Part shown: one piece after another, positions 57,365-64,000 of the stretch | Layout of the letters: every line of letters begins with the position of its first letter | Numbering within the stretch: position 1 is the first letter of the stretch | Assembly (NCBI GenBank): GCA_964616835.1 | Contig: CAZTSG010000002.1 | Coordinates: 1,900 to 65,899 of the forward strand | Reading direction: 5' to 3' | Source: an uncultured Nitrososphaerota archaeon | GTDB taxonomy: Archaea > Thermoproteota > EX4484-205 > JAAOZP01 | DNA length: 64,000 nucleotides | Program-made: the position numbers and the translations under genes | Notes under the pieces: generated by a model | The model's input: the letters and a program-made list of their open reading frames with translations, nothing else | Database searches by the model: none | Told to the model about the DNA's origin: nothing

Positions 57365-57796
57365 TCATAGCTTCACTTCCGATGCATGAATCACTCTAGT
57401 CACCTTTTTCCCCTTTTCGTATAATTCCTCGTCTGCCGTGATGAGTGGAACCTCTTCTTCAAGGGATAAGGCCAGATAGGCGGCATCATACAAGGTGATC
57501 CGGAGTTCAACAGCTATGTCCATGGCCTTGCTGAGTGCGATTTCCGTGAGGTTAAGCGTTGGTATGGAGCTAACGAGGTTTAATTTTCTTATCGCATCCT
57601 CCTTGGTGATGAGGTTCTGGAATGTCAGTACCACTAGGGCATTCCCCATCTCGTAGAGGATGAGCCGAGGCGCGTAGATCGCCTTAAGCACGCTTACGAG
57701 CTTGAGGGCTACGTCCGTATACCTCTCCTTAACAATGGTTTGAATAAGTATAGATGCATCTAAGACTGCTTTCAAGAGCTCATTTGACAAGCGCAT
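57365..57796 (-). CDS. vapC: PIN-domain ribonuclease toxin VapC (within the insertion that splits the epimerase gene)
   Basis: LDASILI (Asp1), ...LYDAAYLALS..., LITADEE acidic residues in PIN order; 143 aa; 17-nt overlap with upstream antitoxin gene. Confidence 0.75.
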   Translation of the reverse strand: MRLSNELLKAVLDASILIQTIVKERYTDVALKLVSVLKAIYAPRLILYEMGNALVVLTFQNLITKEDAIRKLNLVSSIPTLNLTEIALSKAMDIAVELRITLYDAAYLALSLEEEVPLITADEELYEKGKKVTRVIHASEVKL

Positions 57797-58034
57797 GCCC
57801 TTCTCTCATATCGCGGATTATCTTAACGACGGTCCCTCCAGGTATCTTGGGAGACTTTTCAGCCTCCTCTTTAAGGTTTTCGACCGCGTTCTGAAGTTCC
57901 CTCTTCTTAATCTCTTCCTCAAGGGCCCTCCTTACCAATGCGCTTACGTTTATCCCAAGCTTATTGGCCTTCCTCTTCAGCTCCTCGCTAACCTTTGCGG
58001 AGACCGTTATAAGTTTACCCATAGGTATTCCCAA
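57780..58034 (-). CDS. vapB: Ribbon-helix-helix (CopG/VapB-type) antitoxin
   Basis: KLITVSAKVSEELKRKANKLGINVSALVRRALEEEIKK = beta-strand + two helices RHH pattern; 84 aa. Confidence 0.65.
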   Translation of the reverse strand: MGIPMGKLITVSAKVSEELKRKANKLGINVSALVRRALEEEIKKRELQNAVENLKEEAEKSPKIPGGTVVKIIRDMREGHALVK

Positions 58035-58040
58035 AATGTA

Positions 58041-58503
58041 TTACCAAAGAGGCGCTATATAAATATTACTGCAGATAAAAACTTGTAGGATAAAGATGTC
58101 AGGATGATTTTCGCCTATAGGGAGCTTAATCGGATCCCCGTAGACTGCGGCGGAACTAAAGTAAATGAATAAGCCTACTCCGGAGTCTAGAGAAGCCTTG
58201 ACAATGAAAGCTGTACCCAAAACATTGTTATCCAGGTAAAGTAGAGGCTTCTCCACTGATTCCGTAACATCAATAGAGGCAGTGGCACGAACAACAGCAT
58301 CATGTAAAACATTCTTAACCTAGGTAATATTTCTGATTTCAACCTTTGTTGCAGGAACACCGACTTCCCTAAGCCTTTTGACAGCAAGCTCAGTAGACCT
58401 CTCGAAAGAGTCAAGAACTTGGACCTCGAAGCCTTTTTTCCTTAAGACGGGTAGCAATATTATGCCCTATAAAACCAGCTCCGCCAGTAATCAATACTTT
58501 CAT
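58041..58503 (-). pseudogene. N-terminal fragment of the same disrupted NAD-dependent epimerase; carries a +1 frameshift in an A6 run and an in-frame TAG before the insertion junction (about 58075)
   Basis: Own translation: MKVLITGGAGFIGHNIATRLKEK then A-run shift; corrected frame GFEVQVLDSFERSTELAVKRLREVGVPATKVEIRNIT*VKNVLHD...LYLDNNVLGTAFIVKASLDSGVGLFIYFSSAAVYGDPIKLPIGENHPD parallels the intact paralog up to ...ISENHPTKP, then diverges. Confidence 0.7.
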
Positions 58504-58541
58504 TTCTAGTTTCTCAAAACCTTGATTTAAAACTCCTTCTG

Positions 58542-58551
58542 AGCGCGCGCT
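58542..58551. repeat. 10-bp GC palindrome AGCGCGCGCT (copy 2), 39 nt upstream of the decayed epimerase ATG
   Basis: Identical to 28514-28523. Confidence 0.5.
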
Positions 58552-59059
58552 AAATTTAAAAAAGATTCGCTAAGCTCGGACGCTGAGTCGCGGCCCTGTT
58601 AACGAGCGTCTTGGACTGGTGGCGGGTTTACTAAATCGACCTAATAATCGGCTACCTTGTCTTCAGGAAGGCTCTGAGAGAAGCGAATTCATAGGATTAG
58701 TGGTAGAGTGGTGAACCTTGTCTAAACTATTTTTCGACGATTAAAAAGTTGAATCAGTTTATTAGTCTTCCCGTCTTAAAAGTTCTACAGAAGAATTAGA
58801 AGTTATTCCAAACAAGCCTCATAGCTTCTTCTCTATATACAGAATTTAAGAATTTAGAAATACTCGTGTCTTCTAGGCTGTTAATGGTGTTTGAAAGTAT
58901 CTGGAAGATAAGATTACAATAGCTCTAAAAGAAGGAGTCGTAGATTATCTTGGTTTTTCTGCTGATGATTTTTATTTCTTTAGTTGGCATTCTTCCTTCA
59001 AGCGGCTTAAGCCAAGACCGAACATGAAGGTTGAAGCTTTATAAATCCAATGATTTTTT

Positions 59060-62023
59060 TTAGAAGCCTATTTCCAACTCGGTTTTCTTCGCAAGATAAT
59101 ATGGAATTATCTGTATGGACGGTGTTTCACGGGAATCCTCATAGTTCTCCAGGGCGATTGTAATCGAGTTTTCTTCTTTTAAAAAGGGCTCGGGCATGTA
59201 GAAGTCTTTTTGGGGACCGTTCTTCAAGTATCTTCCTATTAACTCGCCATTCAAGTATATCTTGCACTTTGTCCCCATCGAGTTCAGCCTCAGCATCAAT
59301 GGGGATATTGTGTCTTCCCTAAGCCTGTAGACGAATTTCCTCCTCAACCATATCAATCTGCCTTTATCCAACGCTTCACCAAGCCTGCTCGAGCTCCAGT
59401 GGGAATCGTCAAAGCCGGTTTTAAACCAGCCTTCTTTCTCTCCTAGAAGCCCTTGAGAAATACTCCAACCCTCGTCTAGAACAGCATCGTAGAGCCTTAT
59501 GCACGGATTATTCCACACTGGTGCACTGGGCATGTTCTCTAAGAGGAAAATAAACTCGTTTTCTTCACCCTGCTTCACTAGGCGCGTTACATCCATGCCT
59601 ACTTCGCCCTCATCGACGGGGACTGTTCCAGCATGGTTACCGTTTACGAAGAGCATTAGCCTACCCCAGCCTGAGAGGCCGGGCGGTAGGACTGCGCAAA
59701 CCTTTTTGTCCTCTTTAGGAATAGTAACCACGTATTTGAATAAGAATATTCCCCTCTCTCCCGCAAGGCTTTCAGGGCTCTTAAGCTCCATCCAGCCTTC
59801 TGAAAAGCATTCTGACGGCAGGACCTCCATGGGCTTGTTCACAAGCTTAGAGTAGTCCATTGCGGCTGGGATGCCTGGTTTGAGAAACGGCTCGTTACTC
59901 AAGATTTTGAAAAAGGGATTCTTCAGCATAATCGTCGTTTCCTTACCGATGAAAACAGGCTCGTTCAAGCCGTTTGCTACAGGAAGTATACCATCATTCC
60001 TATGGCCTGTCGACTCTATGAGGAGCATGAGCTCGTTCTCCCCATTTTTCAACAGTTTTTCATTAATTTCAAGCCTAGCAACATGCTTTGCATAACCTAG
60101 AAAATGCCCGTTTATGAAAACCGAGACGTAGTCGTTAACCCTCGGTATGAATAATACAATCTTGCCCTCTCCAGCCTTATTAAAAACGAATTTATTGAAA
60201 TACCAGAAGTGCCCGTTTCCAATCATGCCAAGCGATTCGGGTGGGGGAAGCCCCTTAACTTTAACCCAATGGCTTAGCTTAACACGCTCCAAGTCCTCAA
60301 CAGCATACTTCCAACCCTCATCGAGGCTTAGAGCATCTTCTTTGAATTCTAAATCTGGAATCACTAGGGAGAGTAGCCATTTCTCATCGTCGTAAGTGCC
60401 TTCAACTCTTTTACCGTTAATCCTGATGGCCTTAGGCCTCCACGGAACGATTGCTCTAATAAGCCTCCCGTCTCCCTTCTTGAAATCCATATTCATGCTT
60501 AGAGAACGATCTTCAGAAGAATAGCTCCTTAAAAGGTCGAGGCTGGAGATTACAGCTATCCTCTTACCCAAATATTCTACGAACCATGTTCTGGCTGCAC
60601 GCTCCCTGCTTAAAGCAACTAGTAGTAGTTGAGAGGCTCCGCCAATAAGCTTAAAGAAATCGTCTTCGTAAATCCTAAAGTTCACAGTCTCCCTTGCTCC
60701 GCTTAACGGATGTGTCAGAGTAACTTCGTGCCGACTACCAGGATCCCCATACACTATAAGGATCGTTCTGCCGTTGAGGTCGTAAGAGTAGAATACTTGG
60801 CAAGTTGAAAACTCTAGGACCCAACCGTTCGCCAGCTTGACTTTGAAAGGCAGTATTAAGGCAGTCCTCCCGTTTAGCCCGACATCCTTCTCGCCAAGAC
60901 CCTTCAAGGAGACCGTTGCATGAGCCGGTTCAGGACTCCTGTTTGCTAAAAGTATAAAGTTTCCTTTCTCGTGGACCCGCGAGGAAACGCGAATATTGGG
61001 ATTGTTGCAAGTTGCCAGCTTCTCGTCAACGGTGGAGGATGCGAATATTTCTTTGAAGGATTCTAAGAGCGCTCCGACTAGTCTTATAGTCCAGTACCTT
61101 TCACCAAGTTCCCCCCACTCTCTTACAGCAGCCTGATAATCGTATGTTGAAGCAATGTTTTTACCAGTCCAGTAGCCGAAGTTTGTCCCGCCGTGAAACA
61201 TGTAGAAGTTTATAAGGTTAAACCCTTTGAATATCATCGTTTTCAAAAGCATATCCGTCCACTCGGCCGGGATATCGCCCCTGTCCGTGGGAAGCCTCCC
61301 GCTGAGAGAAGTAAACCATCCTCCTTCGAATTCCATGATCATCCTAGGCTTATCAGGCTGTTCCTCAATAAGGCTTTCAGCCTGTTTCTCAGGGCCTTTA
61401 AGATCCCAAGGATCAGGATAGATGTCTATGGAGTCTATTACTTGAGTTCCCCTTAGAAACCTGTTCACGTTGTGGACTATGGGGACGTCTATCCCCCTCT
61501 CCCTCGCAGCCTCGTAGAGTCTGAGCATGTATGGAACATTACCCCAGAAGTACTCGTTTTCGATCTGAAAAAGGATTACGCTACCGCCTCTTGTTGCAAG
61601 ATGTCTCCTTATTATTGGAATTATATGGTCGTAGTAGCTTAAAGCATGCTTCATGAAAACCTTGTCGAGCGACCTTGGGACAATGTTTCTACCTATCAGC
61701 CAGTCGGGGAGGCCTCCGAAATCCCATTCAGAGCATATGTAGGGTCCGGGTCTAGCTATAACGTATAGGCCGTGCTTCTCGCACAGTTTTAGAAACTCAT
61801 CGACATCACGCCAACCCGAGAAGTCGAAGCAACCCTCCTTCTGCTCATGCCAGTTCCAAGCGAAATATATGCTTACAGAGTTTAAGAATGCTCGCTTAAT
61901 CTTGAGAAGCCTGTCCTCCCACAATGCCTTGGGGACTCTGAAATAATGTATCTCACCGCTATAGATGAACACCGGCTTACCGTTAACCCTCAGCGACTTC
62001 TCATCGAAATCTACAACACTCAT
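59060..62023 (-). CDS. Glycoside hydrolase family 35 (beta-galactosidase / exo-beta-D-glucosaminidase type) with C-terminal beta-sandwich domains
   Basis: N-terminus PVFIYSGEIHYFRVPKALWEDRLLKIKRAFLNSVSIYFAWNWHEQKEGCFDFSG...HGLYVIARPGPYICSEWDFGGLPDWL is the GH35 signature region almost verbatim; 987 aa. Confidence 0.85.
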   Translation of the reverse strand: MSVVDFDEKSLRVNGKPVFIYSGEIHYFRVPKALWEDRLLKIKRAFLNSVSIYFAWNWHEQKEGCFDFSGWRDVDEFLKLCEKHGLYVIARPGPYICSEWDFGGLPDWLIGRNIVPRSLDKVFMKHALSYYDHIIPIIRRHLATRGGSVILFQIENEYFWGNVPYMLRLYEAARERGIDVPIVHNVNRFLRGTQVIDSIDIYPDPWDLKGPEKQAESLIEEQPDKPRMIMEFEGGWFTSLSGRLPTDRGDIPAEWTDMLLKTMIFKGFNLINFYMFHGGTNFGYWTGKNIASTYDYQAAVREWGELGERYWTIRLVGALLESFKEIFASSTVDEKLATCNNPNIRVSSRVHEKGNFILLANRSPEPAHATVSLKGLGEKDVGLNGRTALILPFKVKLANGWVLEFSTCQVFYSYDLNGRTILIVYGDPGSRHEVTLTHPLSGARETVNFRIYEDDFFKLIGGASQLLLVALSRERAARTWFVEYLGKRIAVISSLDLLRSYSSEDRSLSMNMDFKKGDGRLIRAIVPWRPKAIRINGKRVEGTYDDEKWLLSLVIPDLEFKEDALSLDEGWKYAVEDLERVKLSHWVKVKGLPPPESLGMIGNGHFWYFNKFVFNKAGEGKIVLFIPRVNDYVSVFINGHFLGYAKHVARLEINEKLLKNGENELMLLIESTGHRNDGILPVANGLNEPVFIGKETTIMLKNPFFKILSNEPFLKPGIPAAMDYSKLVNKPMEVLPSECFSEGWMELKSPESLAGERGIFLFKYVVTIPKEDKKVCAVLPPGLSGWGRLMLFVNGNHAGTVPVDEGEVGMDVTRLVKQGEENEFIFLLENMPSAPVWNNPCIRLYDAVLDEGWSISQGLLGEKEGWFKTGFDDSHWSSSRLGEALDKGRLIWLRRKFVYRLREDTISPLMLRLNSMGTKCKIYLNGELIGRYLKNGPQKDFYMPEPFLKEENSITIALENYEDSRETPSIQIIPYYLAKKTELEIGF

Positions 62024-62050
62024 CTCAATGCCTCCAAGCTGAAATGGAAG

Positions 62051-62452
62051 CTACCATGGTTCAACACTCAACCCTGTAATCCTCTTGAAATGCTCCAAGT
62101 TTCTCGTTACCAAGGCATATCCGTTTGTTAAAGATATTCCCGCTATAATGGCATCTCTTATGTCAACTGATAGCCCTCTGCTTAAAAGATCTGAGAGGAT
62201 TTCGCTTGATTTCCTAGAAGACTCCGCATTCAATTCTAAAACCCTTATTGAGCCTAGGAGTTCATCAGCCTGCTTAAGGTTTTTCTCAGCATGCTTCGAC
62301 CTGAAGGCTCCTAAGTAGACTTCAAACGCATTCATAGATGTTGTTGAAATCTCAGCTCCAGCGGAATCGTATTCCTCAGCCTTCTTAACAGCATCTGGAT
62401 GACCTCTTAACAACGCTACTAGAAAATCAGTGTCCAAGCAGACCCTTTTCAT
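62051..62452 (-). CDS. vapC: PIN-domain toxin VapC (start set at internal MKRVCLDTDFLV)
   Basis: CLDTDFLV (Asp1), ...IRDAIIAGISLTNGYALVTRNLEHF C-terminal PIN motif; overlaps antitoxin gene by about 26 nt. Confidence 0.7.
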   Translation of the reverse strand: MKRVCLDTDFLVALLRGHPDAVKKAEEYDSAGAEISTTSMNAFEVYLGAFRSKHAEKNLKQADELLGSIRVLELNAESSRKSSEILSDLLSRGLSVDIRDAIIAGISLTNGYALVTRNLEHFKRITGLSVEPW

Positions 62453-62660
62453 ACCTATGCCACAACTCCGAGATCTCTCCGAATATTTCCTTCTCCTCGT
62501 CTTCATCCATGACCCATGAGCCGGCGAAGCTTGCTAAGGGTTTTCTAGGAGCCTTGGAGCAGAGCCTAAGTATGACGTCTGTGAAGGATTCTCCCTCCCT
62601 CTTCAGCGAGGCTAGTTTCTCGTAGGCTTCGTCAGAAAGGCTTATAGTCTTGTATCCCAA
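62427..62660 (-). CDS. vapB: VapB-type antitoxin (archaeal VAPB_antitox/DUF217-like)
   Basis: MGYKTISLSDEAYEKLASLKREGESFTDVILRL pattern typical of that antitoxin family; 77 aa. Confidence 0.6.
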   Translation of the reverse strand: MGYKTISLSDEAYEKLASLKREGESFTDVILRLCSKAPRKPLASFAGSWVMDEDEEKEIFGEISELWHRYEKGLLGH

Positions 62661-62753
62661 CCAGCATCACTATCTATGCATAGAAAATACACGGATTTAA
62701 ACTTAATGCTAAAGCCCATTTCAAGCCTTCTAAAAACGCACCTTATTTTGCAG

Positions 62754-63833
62754 TCAGGGAGGTACTAGAACAACCTTTATGGCTCCATCCGTACCCTTCT
62801 CACTGTACTCGAATGCCTTTTTAAACTCGGAGAGCGGAAACTTGTGGGTAACGATCTTGTCGACCTCAACCTTCCCCGTGCTAATGTATTCTATTGCAAG
62901 CGAATAGCAATATGGACCCAGATGAGACCCGTATATGTCGAGCTCCTTTCTATCCCCGATTATTGACCAGTCTGCTAAAGCAGGCTCCTTGAAGACCCCG
63001 AAGATAACCATTCTACCAAGCTTCCTAACCATTTCAAGACCTTGCGTCACCGCGGAAGGATGCCCCGTAGCCTCGATGTAGACGTCGCAACCATACCCGC
63101 CGGTCATCTGCTTAACAGTCTTAACTGCATCCTCCCTAGCCACGTTAATCACCATATCCGCACCGAGTCTTTCAGCAACGCTAAGCCTCTCCTCCCTCAA
63201 GTCGAGCGCTATGAGCTTGCCCGGGGACTTCATCTTGGCTACTTGAAGCATGCATAACCCCAAGGGCCCCATTCCTGCTATGACAACAATATCTCCCAGC
63301 TCTATCCTCGCCCTCTGGACAGCATGAATCGCGCAGCTCAAGGGCTCTATCATTACTGCAAACTCGTCCGGAACATCGTCGGGGACTCTGTGCACTATCG
63401 ATCCCTCTGGGTACTTCATGTACTCAGCAAAACCACCGTCATCATACCCTCCTTGGAAACCGAAAACATAGCCGCGTTCGCACATCCAGTATTTCCCGCT
63501 CTTGCAGAAACGACAAGCGTGGCAGGGGAGTATCTGTTCCGCTATCGCCTTGTCACCGACTTTAACCCCCTTATTCTCCGCTCCGGGACCAAGCTCCACA
63601 ACCTTACCTATGAATTCGTGACCGGGGATGACTGGTGGCTTAACGTAAGGATGCTCCCCTCCCCAGAGAGAGGGTGCTCCATGATAACACTTCACATCGC
63701 TCGCACATACTCCGCAAGCACCAACCTCCACAAGAATATCCCCTGGCCCGACTTTAGGAGTGTCAACATGCTCAAGCCTGTAGTCGCCTGGGCCGTAACA
63801 TACAACAGCTTGCATCCTGCTCTTAACACTCAT
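62754..63833 (-). CDS. Zn-dependent alcohol/polyol dehydrogenase (MDR family; sorbitol/galactitol-phosphate dehydrogenase-like)
   Basis: GACGVCASDVKCY, GHEFIGKVVE, structural-Zn CHACRFCKSGKYWMC, GMGPLGL Rossmann motif. Confidence 0.85.
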   Translation of the reverse strand: MSVKSRMQAVVCYGPGDYRLEHVDTPKVGPGDILVEVGACGVCASDVKCYHGAPSLWGGEHPYVKPPVIPGHEFIGKVVELGPGAENKGVKVGDKAIAEQILPCHACRFCKSGKYWMCERGYVFGFQGGYDDGGFAEYMKYPEGSIVHRVPDDVPDEFAVMIEPLSCAIHAVQRARIELGDIVVIAGMGPLGLCMLQVAKMKSPGKLIALDLREERLSVAERLGADMVINVAREDAVKTVKQMTGGYGCDVYIEATGHPSAVTQGLEMVRKLGRMVIFGVFKEPALADWSIIGDRKELDIYGSHLGPYCYSLAIEYISTGKVEVDKIVTHKFPLSEFKKAFEYSEKGTDGAIKVVLVPP

Positions 63834-63894
63834 GAGGAATTAAGAGTAGATGATGAGGATATATTCTTTCCTCTAAAAATTGATGAAAAGTCTT

Positions 63895-64000
63895 TTAGAG
63901 CCTGTTTAAAATTTCTGCGAAATCCTCTTGGCTGAGCCTCCAACCCATTGCTCCAACGTTCTCCTCCACATGCTCAATCCTCGAGGCCTTTGGAATGGGC
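63895..64000 (-). CDS. Aldo/keto reductase, C-terminal 34 aa only (5' part beyond window end)
   Basis: Revcomp translation ...PIPKASRIEHVEENVGAMGWRLSQEDFAEILNRL* matches the AKR C-terminal consensus (IPG..K.EHLEEN......L..EE...L). Confidence 0.55.
   Translation of the reverse strand, partial: PIPKASRIEHVEENVGAMGWRLSQEDFAEILNRL

Noticed and set aside
58686-58710. Possible tRNA (TAGTGGTAGAG D-loop-like motif)
   Set aside because: No matching T-arm (GTTCRAATC-like), acceptor stem or anticodon arm could be assembled around it; reported only as an unexplained GC island.
1-64000. CRISPR arrays, rRNA genes, transposases/IS elements
   Set aside because: Scanned for regularly spaced 24-40 bp direct repeats, rRNA-like GC-rich blocks and DDE/IS200-type ORFs; none found. 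The only mobile-looking elements are the TA cassettes.

Overview
This 64 kb window looks like an archaeal chromosomal segment from a thermophile-like proteome (K/E/I/V/R-rich, about 45% GC, gene-dense on both strands, frequent 1-40 nt start/stop overlaps). Its main content is a sugar-utilisation island: GH1 beta-glycosidase, GH2 beta-mannosidase/exo-glucosaminidase-like, GH4, GH35, a CE7 acetyl-xylan esterase, a xylose-isomerase-like protein, an FGGY kinase, nagA, MFS transporters and three Zn-dependent alcohol/polyol dehydrogenases. A molybdopterin operon (moaD-moaE-moaC-moaB) lies 7 kb from moaA. The intervening stretch holds GH2 and a cluster of two other radical-SAM genes. Membrane and surface proteins are prominent: MscS, a rhomboid with an extra domain, a 1044-aa orphan FtsX-like permease, an 863-aa DNRLRE-domain surface protein, a CAP+PKD+InlB-B-repeat surface protein and two SHOCT-domain proteins. 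A eukaryotic-type topoisomerase IB sits next to a family-4 UDG. There is clear local gene decay. Four remnants between 27.5 and 29.0 kb are paralogous to the intact GH4 gene and to the intact PadR-ABC operon. Other decayed genes are a frameshifted DUF2085 gene, a frameshifted and truncated PfkB kinase, a half-length YdjC deacetylase, and an epimerase paralog broken by a vapBC insertion plus a frameshift and an in-frame stop. A second intact vapBC pair lies directly upstream of GH35. I found no rRNA, tRNA, CRISPR array or transposase. All functional calls rest on motif-level reading of the translations without database searches.
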